Source: Octopus sinensis (Eukaryota). Taken from it: a stretch of 64,000 nt of DNA. Each line of letters starts with the position of its first letter. The stretch's first letter is position 1. The stretch spans positions 47,430,001 through 47,494,000 of the forward strand of contig NC_043012.1 in NCBI RefSeq assembly GCF_006345805.1, in the 5' to 3' direction. Both the position numbers and the translations under genes were made by a program. Under the pieces are notes generated by a model. That model was given only the letters and a program-made list of their open reading frames with translations. It had not been told where the DNA came from and ran no database searches. Below are positions 1 to 12,838 of this stretch, piece by piece.

Positions 1-303
1 CCAGTCAAAGGTATTTTAGCGTAAGGGCACTGTGAGTAATTGTCAACCTGTACGCTAGTTAACCCATATCGGCGATCCAGAGATTTGCTATTATACTGAG
101 TAAGACCACACATAATAACAATAGTTGTTAGGGGATGTATGCTCAGACCCGGGTGCAGTTGAAAGACACACACATACGTACTAACATGCATACGTGCTTG
201 TGTGTCTGTACATATATACATATATAAACGTATGTATATTATCTACATGTATATAAGTATGTATATTATATATATATATGTGTGCATATATATATATATG
301 TAC

Positions 304-602
304 ATTAGAAGAAATGGGGTACTCAGAAACTCGGATGGTTTTATATTTACAGATATTTATTTGTATATTACAGGTTTTTATACATCATATAACTTAGATC
401 ATATGTTAGTGTTTTCTGCCATTCTGGTGGGGATTTCAAATCGAACTGAAAACGATTCAAATCGATTTGAAAACCCCACCAGAATGGCAGAGAGCACTAA
501 TATATGATCTAAGCTATATGATGTATAAAAACCTGTAATATACAAATAAATATCTGTAAATATAAAACCATCCGAATTTCGGGGCACTTCATTTCTTCTA
601 AT
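304..602. repeat. Long fold-back (inverted repeat), arms about 140 bp, spacer 445-461
   Basis: Left arm 304-444 is the near-perfect reverse complement of 462-602. The ORF track shows near-identical peptides on opposite strands (YIRRNGVLRNSDGFIFTDIY vs YIRRNEVPRNSDGFIFTDIY). TA-rich sequence on both sides. Confidence 0.95.
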
Positions 603-1559
603 ATAAAATACCTGTACATCATCTCCAAACCTTCCAATATATATGTATACATACATACATATGTATGTAATCAATATATAGCCCATAACCTCAGGGTATG
701 TCCATATGTGTATACAATAAGAACGATTGAAACTGACTCAATTTAAAGTCATTATTCATAATCTTATATAACTTTTTAACAGAACTGGAGTTATTATTGA
801 AATCAAATTGCGGGTTAATATATAAGATGATCATTATTCCCGAAAAGAGGCTTGTAGGTATAGAGCTTTTAAAATTTTGTATGAAGTGATCAATATTTAT
901 ATATTCAGTATATAGATAAATAAATAAAAAGATGAAAAATATTGGGAGATTAACGAGGAGTATAAACAGTCACTAAGACCCAACTTATAATAATCAAGTG
1001 AATCATTGGAGAAATTTATATAAGCAAGTTACTCTTCATTTACTTGTTATAGTAATCAAGACCAGTCATATTTTTTATGGTTCTCTTTTTCCTGTTCAAT
1101 GAATTATAACTACCCTTTGCAGTGAATTCTGAGTGAAACAGAAGTAGAGAAGAGAAATGAAGAGGAAAGAGATAGGGATAGATCTCTGGAAATTAGACGT
1201 AGAAAGGAATTATTTTAAAGATGTAATTGCAGATGCTAAAATCAAATGAGAAATTTAGATAGAAATTCATGGGGAAGATAGTTTGTGTTTAAATGTTCTG
1301 TGAAAACAGTTAATCGCAGTTAAATACATGAATGAAGTGCGGGGATTTGTAATAGTGTATAAATACCCAGTCGTTGATGTATAAATGTTTTATATACTAC
1401 CATATGTGCGTTATATACGATGATCGTTATCAATACAATTCCGGTATTTATCTCCAGGCTACGTTGCAAAAGTATTTTTGTCGTTATACCTGCATCCATT
1501 TCAGTTTCTTTTCATTCAGCAGGAATATATAGAGAAGGTGTATTCTAGAAGTTTTCAGA

Positions 1560-2060
1560 CATTTTTGGAGAGACAGTCATACATTCAAAAGAAATCCAAA
1601 ATGTTAACATCTTTCAAAATAGGATCCTCATATTTCAATGAACGTGTTGCGCTTCAGTCAGTTCGTGAACGTTCCGTACAGGTTTTCTAATGTAAGACTT
1701 ACCAAGTCCTTTGTCACAGCTTCTTTCATTTTCAAAATTATACCCCACGAGATTTTCCTTCTGTTTAGGGAATAACCGAAAATCACAAGTAGTAAGGCCT
1801 GAGCTCTACAGAGGGTGAGATACATTTATGATATCGAGGTCTATCAAGTTGTTGATTTCTAGAATATTCGTCACTGAGCACTACGGAAACGAACTTTGCA
1901 CGAGTTTTGCGCATATTTAGATTTTCATGAATAATTATGAGTGTCTTTGGAGCACCAGCTCTTATACACACACGACAGTCTTCGTTCAGAAAACTGCAAA
2001 TTTTCTCAACCCACTCTGGCGTTATGACGTTGCACCCCACTCACACATCTCATCTCTTGC
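1560..2060 (-). mobile_element. Degenerate mariner transposase remnant
   Basis: ORF 1783-2040 contains IIHENLNMRKTRAKFVSVVLSDE, matching the mariner linker LxMRKxxAxxVPxxL. A downstream frame reads MKEAVTKDLVSL...GSYFE, like a mariner C-terminus. TIRs not found; boundaries approximate. Confidence 0.7.
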
Positions 2061-2548
2061 CCCCTTTCCACTATCCTTGAACCTTTTGTGCGACCGAAAA
2101 ATTAAATCCAGAAACAGGCTGAAGCATTTCATAATATTTTGTTGTATTTTCGGCCAATTTTTAAGAAAACTTAATTGCGTAATAAGCTCACGAAAGTGTC
2201 GAATGCATTCTGCAAACTAGTCAGCTGCAAGAAACAGCGTCTAGTAGATCGTGCTGTAAATGCTATTAAGAACGACTGCTTCTGTCTGGAATTTGAAAAA
2301 CAAATGGCAGGTCAGATTCTTCGTAATACAGAAATAATTTACTAGAATTACATCATAGATGTTTTACTCAAAATATGTCTAAACAACTGAGGAATGCAAC
2401 TCGCACGCGCGCACACACACATGCACATACACACATTGTACGATAAACAAGAGAGTGAATTGTTTTCGAATGCAGCAATGCCGTTACGACAGACGAATTA
2501 ATGGATGGAATAACCTTCTAAAGTGTAAAATGTTGTAAGCAAACAGCT

Positions 2549-2549
2549 G

Positions 2550-2585
<36 letters not shown>

Positions 2586-2594
2586 ATATATATC

Positions 2595-2649
<55 letters not shown>

Positions 2650-2674
2650 ATATATATATATATTTATGTATATA
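2549..2674. repeat. Compound (TA)n/(TG)n microsatellite
   Basis: Directly visible dinucleotide runs. Confidence 0.95.
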
Positions 2675-2771
2675 TATTTATAATGGTATATACCTACCAT
2701 TATAAATAATACCAAATGTTCTTTTTCGGATTCTTCATAACGTGATACAAGTCTTTCGTGTAGCAATTGCA

Positions 2772-2864
2772 TGTGGCTGAAGAGGGCTTTAAACTATCTT
2801 TTATGTCGATTATACATTGATGTAAAATTAGTTGTTTCATAAAGTCCGAAACACGTGTACCGCG
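2772..2864 (+). ncRNA. Type I hammerhead ribozyme motif (extended helix II, palindromic helix III)
   Basis: Helix I TGTGG 2772-2776 / CCGCG 2860-2864 (2 G-U pairs). Core CTGAAGA 2777-2783. Helix II GGGCTTTA 2784-2791 / TAAAGTCC 2840-2847 with G10.1-C11.1. GAAA 2848-2851. Helix III AC-[ACGT]-GT. Cleavage triplet GUA, cut after 2859. Confidence 0.8.
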
Positions 2865-2978
2865 ACATCCTTTGTGTTCTGTTTTTTATTTCATTTGATA
2901 CATATATCCTCTCACATCTGCTACTAGCTGGCATATACAGGTACTTATACTTATCAAGTATTCACCCTGAATTTATCA

Positions 2979-3015
<37 letters not shown>

Positions 3016-3111
3016 ACAAAGGGTAAAATTAATTAATTAAGAAGTAATCAATAAATTTCACCAAGTAGAATTCGGTATGAAAACAGGACCGTTACGCGGT
3101 AAATTTTAGAA

Positions 3112-3292
3112 ATACTAATAAAAAGGGTTCAGCAAAGAATGTCCTCACCACACACCGAAGTTCAGAAATAGCAGCCAAAAATCTTAGCCATTTCTACTTT
3201 AAAAGTAGAAGAAATGGCTAAGATTTTTGGCTGCTATTTCTGAACTTCGGTGTGTGGTGAGGCAATTCTTTGCTGAACCATTTTATTAGTAT
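3112..3292. repeat. Fold-back palindrome, arms about 90 bp, no real spacer
   Basis: 3112-3200 is the reverse complement of 3201-3292 with a few mismatches and one 3-nt indel. Unpaired extension 3017-3111 on the left; (TA)n on both sides. Confidence 0.95.
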
Positions 3293-3315
3293 ATATATAT
3301 ATATATATATATATA

Positions 3316-3360
<45 letters not shown>

Positions 3361-3380
3361 TATAGATATATATTATATAT

Positions 3381-3467
<87 letters not shown>

Positions 3468-3468
3468 T

Positions 3469-3525
<57 letters not shown>

Positions 3526-3763
3526 CAGACAGATAGATAAGTTTCTTTATTGGCCACACAGGGCTGCACACAGATGGGACAAGTTAAAAGGTAGAGCTTT
3601 TCTTTTGGGGGATGAAAAAAACAAAAACAAAAAAAAAGGAAACAGAAAAAGGTTTTCGATCAAAAGGGATCGTAAAAGGGAAAAAAAGAACAAAAAATAA
3701 AATAAAGAAAAATAAAGAAAAAAAAGGAAAAAGAGGAAGATAGATAGATAAATAGATAAATAA

Positions 3764-3797
<34 letters not shown>

Positions 3798-3798
3798 T

Positions 3799-3866
<68 letters not shown>
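3293..3866. repeat. (TA)n and (GATA)n arrays interrupted by an A-rich insert at 3541-3736
   Basis: Visible runs. Read on the minus strand, the insert ends ...GTGTGGCCAATAAAGAAA and runs into (CTAT)n, consistent with a LINE 3' end (weak). Confidence 0.85.
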
Positions 3867-3868
<2 letters not shown>

Positions 3869-4998
3869 AAGGTTAAAAAGAACTGAACTTTTCCATTCAA
3901 TATATATGATATTAATAAAAATGAAACTTCGCAGAAATATGTTGAAAAAATATACAGTACCACATGTCTTTCATTGTGTAGCCTTCTGCACCCATCATAG
4001 GATTTTGAATTGATATTTATTGACATGATCTTCAGAAATTAGTAATCGATATTTAACTGAGACATTCATAATGAACAATATAAACATCAGAGTTTTTATG
4101 TATTTTTTTTTAAACAAGTGGTTCAATCCATAACTGAGGTTAACATAAAATTTATTATCAATGATTGAGAAGCAAGCGTTTAATGTCAACTTATGTCTCA
4201 ATTAAGTATTTTTTCTTTATTGATTCGTTGTTGTGGCGTCGTTCAAGCATTTTATAACGTGGTAAATTCATTCCCGCCTAACTTGAATTGCGTACAACAT
4301 GGGACTTGTTGATGTATTCAAATCTGATTTATAAATGTGTAATATTCGTTTGCCTAATGATATCCTGATTTCAAAATCTTGGTTTTCATACATCCATAAC
4401 ATGGTAATAGACAGATTAAAGTCTATAGATGTATGGTACCGTCGTATTTGAAAATATATATCCAATTGTATTCAGTGAATGAAAATTTTCGAAGTACCTA
4501 ACAGACAAAAGTTCGTGAAGTTGACTGAAAGGAAGAAGGAAATCAAAAATTTAAATACAGTTATATATGCTTGGAGTTTCTTCATTGGAGAGCATAGGCA
4601 AACAATTCACATATATACGTTTTAATATGATATAATGGCCACGTTTATTTCAAATACAATTTTCGTCTTCGTGCATGGTAGCATAGCATATTGTCCTCTG
4701 ACTTGCGTCCTTATCCATCTTGACATTAGGACATACATACATAATCTTCGTAAATGAACAACCTTCCATGACCTACAGATTATGTGTAGATTTTTTAAGA
4801 ATTAATATACATACTAAACAAACGAAAATGTCTCGCATTTTTCATAAAATATCACTGGAAAAAATAAAATGGTAACCACCCATGTCAGTTTCCATGCGAT
4901 TTTGAAGACTTCATCACTGAGTGAATACACTTTTTAATTATCCACTGCTTATAAAAAAACTTATCATCATGCCTTTGAGTCACACGAGACGGCGTATA

Positions 4999-6264
4999 TC
5001 AGGTCATCCCATAAGTTATGTCCGAATTTTGAATAAAGAAAACAAGTGATCAGAAGTTATATATAATTGAAATTTAATCATCAATGTACTTTGCCTGATT
5101 ATCTATAACTTCCTTCCATCTATTTATACGTTGTTTTTTTTTTATCCCAACAATGTAAAACTCTTTTGGCTTCAAAGCGAAGAACTCCGAAATGTCAGTT
5201 TCGACCTCCTCTTGGCATGTGAAAGTTATGTCTCCCAAATGATTCTGTAAACTACGAAACAAATGGTAGTCTGAAGGAGCAAGTTCGGGAGAATAAGGTG
5301 GACGAGGATTTTTTTCCAACCAAGCTCTTCGATCTTCTGTGATGTGATCTTTGCAGTATTGGGTCGCGCATTGTCCTGATGAAACATCACTACTTTTCGA
5401 TTCACTAAAGCGGGCCTTTTTTCTTTAAAGCTTTGTTCGAACGCCCTAATTGCTGACAGCAGACTTGAGCATTGTTTGTTACATTAGGTAGTAACAATCT
5501 AAAATGAATTAGTCCTTTGCAATCCCACCAGATAGAGAGAAGAACCATTTTATCCATGAAGTTCCCTTCTCGGTCGTGGTTGAGCTTTTCCCCTTTTACT
5601 AAGCCACTGTTTACGACGTTTAACATTTCGGTAGAAGTTTCATTTTTCACCAGTCACAAGTCTATCCAAAAAGGGTGAAATGAGTTCGCGAGAATGGAGA
5701 GAAGAGCAGATGCCAACTCGGGTTTGCGGTTGCATTTTCCAAGTTTAGGAACCCTTCCAAGTTGTTGACGATGACGATGATCAGTTTTATGATTTTAACT
5801 AAGCTTTATTGCCAATTCTTCAACTATTAATGCTGGAATTTCGACAAGTAATGCCTCAATGAGCTTATCATCAGACTCAACTGGACGTCCTGTTCGATCT
5901 TCATCTTCAGGGCTGAAATCTCGACTTCTGAATTTTGCAAACCATCTTCTGCAAGTTCTTTTCATTCACGCATTCTTTCCCATAAACTGAATGTATGTTT
6001 CGAGTCCCTTCGCCTGCAGAGTTTCCTTTTTGGTACTCATAAAGCATTATGTGCCTCAAATGCTTTTTGGATACTACCATGTTAGAAAGGGATTTAATCA
6101 GAGAAATTTTAATTCTATTATTCTGTACAATAATATTTGATTAGTTTAAATGTACACAAATGCATAAAAATAATTATTAATTCTATTAGACATTCTTAAA
6201 TACTATTAAATTTCATTCAGTTTTAAAAACTGTAAAATCGGAAACAACTTATAGGATGACCTTC
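4999..6264 (-). mobile_element. Full-length defective mariner element
   Basis: TIRs TCAGGTCATCCCATAAGTTATGTCCG (4999) and CGGAAACAACTTATAGGATGACCTTC (ends 6264), each flanked by TA. ORF fragments PPYSPELAPSDYHLFRSLQNHL (5074-5319) and LSIWWDCKGLIHF (5405-5650). Confidence 0.9.
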
Positions 6265-8757
6265 TATAATACATTCTTGGCATCGGAAAATCTTGATGCA
6301 ATACTAGTGCATTTAAAAAACCTGATCTCCGATGTTAAAAAACAAATACCGTTAATACACCGGTACTGCGTTCAGCTAAACACAAACAACGGATTGCATA
6401 AATTTAATTTTATAATCAATTGTTTTCTGTGGACTGTCGAAATATATTCAGTACTTGATGAAATATCTGTGTGAAATAAAAATTTGAACGGTTGTTACTT
6501 TTCTTGTATCGACGAAGATATTTCATATAAAGACAACATGTTTTCATGTTTATTACACTCAATATTAACAACATGCTACAAATATATTTTGTAGAACAGA
6601 ATAAAATTAAGATACTGTTAAAGCTTATGAGCTTGTCTAAGTGTCTGTGTGTGTACACAGGATTGAATCTCATATTGCTGATGTTTTAGCATATATACTG
6701 GCGTTGTGTGTCTGGGTTGCTGAAATTCCATTTCTCTCACTCTCGCATTCACTTATACTCATTTCTCTCTCTCGATTTGCACTCTCAATCAAAGCTTAAC
6801 TGTCTCAGTCTATCACTCCCTTTGTCTCTGTTGGATGACATTTATCCAGAAGCTTTCGTTTTCACACGGTTATTAATTGTCTTGAATTTGCTTAATGTAA
6901 TTAATTTCACTGCGTAGAATCTAGTTTAGTATTAAACTATTGCTTATATTTCTTCCTCTAAACATTTAATGATGGAAATCTCCCTAAGTATTCTCGTTCC
7001 TCTCGTAAATATCTAATTTATACAGATGGGAATTGTTATATAACTACATAATTTTTAAGTATGTGAAATCCTCTCGAAAGTAAATTGTTATATGCATTCA
7101 CTTGTTGCAGTGTTGATCTAAAAGGCATTTAATCAATGTATTTCGCCCCTACCTAAATCTCAAACTAATGGGTATAACGCTTTATCTGGAAAATTACTTC
7201 TCTGCATGTACACGTTATGCATCAGGCATAATAAACTTTTGTATGTAAATTCGGAATTGTTGCTAACACTATATCTTATATTGTAGTTTGCATTACTTGG
7301 TGTATTTTTCTACATAACAGCTAACGATGATACTAGTCTTGATATGTTTATTAAATCCATTTCCATTTATTGGAGGTGTTCAGAAATAAGACCAAGTAAC
7401 AAATAAAGGTTTCCCATAAAACCGTAAATTACTTTCATTTATTGTCGTTTTAACATTATTAACGATATCTATCACACCGGATGTATGCACCCAATTTTTC
7501 AGGAAAGCTATCTTTCATGATTATTATTGTAATATTATTTTTAATCGTACCATCGATATCCTTGAGCAAAATTGTATCCAAATTCGTGCCAGGCGTTGCC
7601 ATCCATTTTAGTCATCCGTAGATTGTTTAGGACTACATCCTTATAAGCGGTCTTACTGTTTTACGAATATAGGCTTGGATTTCATGGTTATTTCAACTTA
7701 ATTTCTAGTATATCAACTGCAAGTCTTGCCTACTGGCTCCGTTGAGGCAGAAGTTGGTCTTTAGCCACTACAGAGCACGAAATAATAATGCCTGAGTAAA
7801 TTTCTAAAGAAATACGACACTGCACTGCGATAAATTATTCATTAAATTTAAAATGAACCCTTATCAGTAACATTACTGAGCACAAGCATTTCTGTCACCA
7901 TCGTTAATCTGAATTTATTCTCTGCTTCTCATGCCCTGGAGGAATGAATTTCTAGATCTATCTCTCTTTCAATATGTCAATCTTACTCAAACTGCCAATC
8001 TCTCTTTCAAGATTTTCGATTTTGCTTCTAAATTTTTAAACTCGTAATTTTAGACTCACTTCACTTTGGTTTCTGTCTTCACATCTCCCTCGCTTACCAC
8101 TCTCCCAACCTCTGCACCATTCTCTTAATCTTTCATGCACACTTACTTCTAAATAGTACGTAGTAAATATTTTCCCTCGCTTTAAGCCTTTCGTTCACGA
8201 CAATATTCACTACACATTTCATATTATTAGACATTTTCACTCTCTATTTATTTGGAGGTCAGACTGTATGACTATGTTTTTCTTACAGTCAAGCTCTCAG
8301 CGTCTCACTCATATCTCGTTTTCCACTAATTTGCCATTCAAATAGTTCTTTCATTTATACTGATTCACATTCACTCAGTATCAGTCAATATTCTCAATGT
8401 GACATTCCTTCTTCTCCTTTCATTACATATTTTCAACACTGTAAGTATATTTATAAATCATTTTCAACACATTTTCTTTTTTCCCTTCCCTAACTTTCCT
8501 CCGTCCCCGTTTACTATTATTCATAAGGGGTAAGATAACTCATAACCGAATAAGACCACTTCTCAAAAACATTTATTTTCAAAAACGTTTTATTTTTGTT
8601 TTCTTTGTCGTCGATTCTTTGATATAACATTTAAGGTCTGCAAATGGAGGTGCAAGATATTTCACATTGATTACGAGCTATATATGTTTGTATGTATGTA
8701 TGTATGTCTTATGTATACATGCATGTAGGTATGTATGGATAGATGTATATATATATA

Positions 8758-8932
<175 letters not shown>

Positions 8933-9166
8933 TATAAAATATCTATCTATCTATCTGTATGTGTGTGCATATATATATATATATATATCGAGTCCGTGTG
9001 TATCATAAGTTGAAGACGGGAAGAATGACTTCCCTTTGCAAATACTGACAGGACACAGAAAGTGTGTCTATGGCCAGCTGGAGGAGTGTGTCCTCCTGGG
9101 GCTAAAAACTACAGTAGCATCCACCCTTAGGGGTTAGCCATATTGAAATGGCAAAAATACGTCACG

Positions 9167-9230
<64 letters not shown>

Positions 9231-9236
9231 GCACAC

Positions 9237-9414
9237 ACATGTCAAGGTTAGAAGCAAATACAATCCACTGTTATGAAGTGTTTTTTCTTTGTAATTACGG
9301 ATTGTTCATATTTTTAGCTTGTTTGAAATCAGATAAAACAGAAAGCAGAAAACAGAAAACCGCACGTACTGATGAATTATGTACAGGTACTTTCAGCCCT
9401 TAAAAATGTTTATA
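9237..9414 (+). repeat. 178-bp direct repeat, copy 1 (contains candidate 69-nt exon 9318-9386)
   Basis: Differs from 10680-10857 at 4 positions by manual alignment. Contains TTTTTAG|CTTG...ACAG|GTAC with an open phase 1-1 frame (A)CLKSDKTESRKQKTARTDELCT. Confidence 0.9.
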
Positions 9415-9499
9415 TATTCTAGCAAAAACTGTCCGATGAACGGCAACGGGAAACTCAGAGTAACAGGTTTTGTTGGATTTTCTGGTGCTTTAAGTAAAG

Positions 9500-9531
<32 letters not shown>

Positions 9532-9549
9532 CATACATACATATATTAT

Positions 9550-10635
9550 CGAGGGTGGGTTGTAAGTTCATAGGTTGACTATGAAAGGAGTGATGCTTGT
9601 TTCCTTCCTAGTTAAGTTACATCTGACTGTTAAATGTTGATTAGAAATGCAACTAGTAACGACACCTCTTGAAGATGGACAAACTTTTGCATCCTGGTGG
9701 TATTAAGTACATGCAGAAAAGGGTTGTCACTCTTAAGGTGCTACATTTGGGAATAACGCTCCAGGTTTATCAACAATACAATTGTGAGTGGCTGAATTTA
9801 GAAGGAGACCGGAGTGTCTTGAAAATGACCAATGTTTTGGATATCGCACATCCACCAAGGAAAACATTGATCGTGTTCACTACATGGTGATAGATGAGGA
9901 GGGGTTAACTATAAATCAAATAGCCATTGCTATCAGCATATCCAGTGAGAGAAGACTTTCGGCACAATGAACTTGGCATTACGAGGGTTTTGCTTGATGG
10001 TTGCCACGTTTGGTAGTGTTTGTGGCTGATCCAACTGATTTCCTTCACTAATTCCTAACCCAGGATGAATGTTAGTTTTATCACTTTGAACCAGAGACAA
10101 TATGATAGTCCATGCAGTACAAGCACCCCTCCACACCTGCTCCAAATAAGGCAAAGGTCGTTTTATCGCCAGGAAATGCGATGGCTTCAGGCTTTTGGGA
10201 CGCAAAAGGGCATTGATACGCGAACCATCAATGGAGAGCTCTATGCCAACTTGCTTAGGCAGTTACGAACGGCTATCAGAACTAAACACCCACGGAAACT
10301 AAGGAAAAGGGCCTTGCTTCAGCAGGTTAATACTCCAGAACACAAGTCCTTGGTTTCAATGGCCGCTGTACCTGAGCGTGGCTTTGAACTGGTTGATCAA
10401 CATCCATATTCTCTCGATTTGGCCTCATTTCGCTATCTTTTGTTCCCTAATATGAAAACAAACTTGTTGAGAAGCAGTATGTCCGTGACAGTGACATGAT
10501 ATCCTTTCCCCCCAATGGTACCAAAGCACTACAACACCGACGGATTTAATGAACTGCTGGGCGACGGGAGTATGTTAAATAATAAATCTCATATCATCAC
10601 ATTCAGCCTATAAACGTTTCCTGCCGACCCTCACG
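9550..10635 (+). mobile_element. Defective mariner element
   Basis: Degenerate TIRs CGAGGGTGGGTTGTAAGTTCATAGG and CCTATAAACGTTTCCTGCCGACCCTCACG|TA. ORF 10065-10499 contains YANLLRQLRTAIRTKHPRKLRKRALLQQVNTPEHKS and HPYSLDLASFRYLLFPNMK. Confidence 0.85.
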
Positions 10636-10679
10636 TATATATAGCGATGCGGCATTTCATTTCTTTTCCGAAATCTTCA

Positions 10680-10857
10680 ACATGTCAAGGATAGAAGCAA
10701 ATACAATCCACTGTTATGAAGAGTTTTTTCTTTGTAATTATGGATTGTTCATATTTTTAGCTTGTTTGAAATCAGATAAAACAGAAAGCAGAAAACAGAA
10801 AAACGCACGTACTGATGAATTATGTACAGGTACTTTCAGCCCTTAAAAATGTTTATA
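10680..10857 (+). repeat. 178-bp direct repeat, copy 2 (candidate exon 10761-10829)
   Basis: Offset 1443 bp from copy 1. Same splice-like dinucleotides; T>N change in the encoded peptide. Confidence 0.9.
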
Positions 10858-11329
10858 AATGTAGTTAGTATTATATTCTTGACTACAAACAAATAACACA
10901 AGCCGTTTTTGATGTCATCACTCCAGACGGATATTATATATTTCATCTGCTATGTCAAATTCCTTTTATCTTTCGTTATATGTTGATTGAAAAAATTTTG
11001 GGGCGTATAACAACTTGACTATCACCATCAGTATAAGTACAAAGATACCCCTCATATGATAACATTCACATATATATTCGTATCGATATTGTCGGCCTCG
11101 TTGTGTGTATATCCCTGTATGCGCCCTTTGTGGGTGGAAGGGCAGGGGGGGTATACTACTTATTGATGCAATGCGAATACAGTAATATTTAGGAAATTAA
11201 TATCGAATGACATATTAAACTACAAGGATGAATTCTGCATATCATAATATAAACCAGCCAGAGATATCGGCACAATGTGTCTACTAATCACTGAGTGCTG
11301 CACAGTTGCTACCGTCGTTGGTACTATTG

Positions 11330-11766
11330 CAGGTAATCGTCGACTTACGACCTATCCGACTTATGACCGAATGGTGCGCCAGCTCCCGGCAGCAATAATA
11401 AATAGTCCAGTTGAAGCATAATGCGTTTAACTTCTTAAAAATTAACCCGTCTACGGATGATGTCAGCTAACAAACTCTTCCCTAGGTTTTCCTATCGACC
11501 CCCACTGTGGTTATCCCGAGTGTTGGATGAATATCCTGTCGCGGAGACATCGAAGCAACTTCATATTTGTTTATAGGACGACTATTTGAGACTCCGAAAT
11601 TTGTGACTAACTCCAGTATAATAGTATAATACAGAATGTTGCGTGTGACTTTTACCCGAGAAGGTACCTTAAAAATGTAAAAATGTAAAACAAAGCTATG
11701 TAGGGCTATAGGCCGACTTACGACCAAATGTACTTACGATTGGAATCGTAAGTCGACGACGACTTG
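11330..11766. mobile_element. pogo/Tigger-like MITE
   Basis: TIR CAGGTAATCGTCGACTTACGA vs reverse complement of the right end CAAGTCGTCGTCGACTTACGA (18/21). TA after the right end and TG before the left. Subterminal GACTTACGAC repeats; no ORF. Confidence 0.8.
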
Positions 11767-12750
11767 TATTGGATTTACTGTTGTCATAGATGCTGGTTTT
11801 GTTAACTACTGCACATCATGTTTGCTCTATCTTTCCTTCAGTTTATCTATATTGTGCATGTGCTTGTGTCGTTGAACGTATATGTATGGCTTAGAGCATT
11901 GACCTTGCTTTTACATATTTGCTATGTTACTACTTGATAATTTGTAAATCTATGTGCAGCTATAGCAATAATATAAAAATACAATATGCGTAGCTGCAAT
12001 GACAAATAATCCACACAGCTAAGTAGTTTGCGATGCTAATGCTGAGAACGTCAATCCACAATTTGGGACATTAAGCGAATTGCCTTGCGTTATAATGACG
12101 ATCATTTCACTGAAACGCGGGTATATTGTATAAAGCTTAAAATACCCATTTCAATTTAAGTACTCGATATTACAATATTTATGCATAAACATATACATAA
12201 ACACACTCTTATACACATACATATACCTAAATAGTTCTTTATAAAGACGGAAAAATTCACTGAAAAGTATTTCACAGCTCTGTTAATACAAATACAGCAG
12301 TTTAACAAAATGTTTTCAGATTGGTATAGAACCCCTACTAAACCTAGAGCAATGTCTGCAGTCGAATTCCATCAACAGTCGAATTCCATCAACAGTCGAA
12401 TTTGTAAATCCAAAGTTGTATTCCTCACTTAAACTTGTTAAATTGATCTTTTTTCACAAAGTGGTGTACAACAAAACGCATGAATTGTGGACTTAACATG
12501 TTTCTTTAGTTGTGCATTTTTGACTTACATCTGTTTCTGATATGCATTATCGACGAGAGCATTTGTTAAGGTCGTTCAATATTTTCAGTCGACCAATAGA
12601 CCGATTGAGTAAACGGAACCATGAACGCACCTACAAAACTTAACAGAAACGATAGCAAGTACAAAAGGTACCAAGAATATTTTTAGACCAATTATTTATT
12701 TCTCTTCATAAGCGGTTATGTCTGTGTGCGTGTGTCAGTATGCGTGAGTG

Positions 12751-12838
<88 letters not shown>

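Noticed and set aside
446-472. CTGAAAA-CGAT-TCAA-ATCG-ATTT-GAAA at the centre of the first palindrome, resembling a hammerhead
   Set aside because: G8 is absent, four extra bases precede GAAA, and there is no helix III or UH site.
6223-6474. Apparent exon/ORF MTFYNTFLASENLDAILVHLKNL
   Set aside because: Its start overlaps the right TIR of the 4999-6264 mariner, and no protein family is recognisable.
8981-9045. TTGAAGA followed by the GGGAAG/CTTCCC hairpin
   Set aside because: There is no adjacent GAAA or helix III/UH, so it is only a hairpin.
11258-11331. Apparent phase 1-1 exon ending GCAG|GTAATC
   Set aside because: The donor is the left TIR of the MITE at 11330.
12085-12130. ATGACGA...GAAAC-GCGG-GTA hammerhead-like string
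   Set aside because: C3 is missing and helix II cannot form.
12359-12402. 17-bp unit repeated about 2.5 times (CAGTCGAATTCCATCAA)
   Set aside because: A simple local slippage duplication with no spacers; not a CRISPR array.
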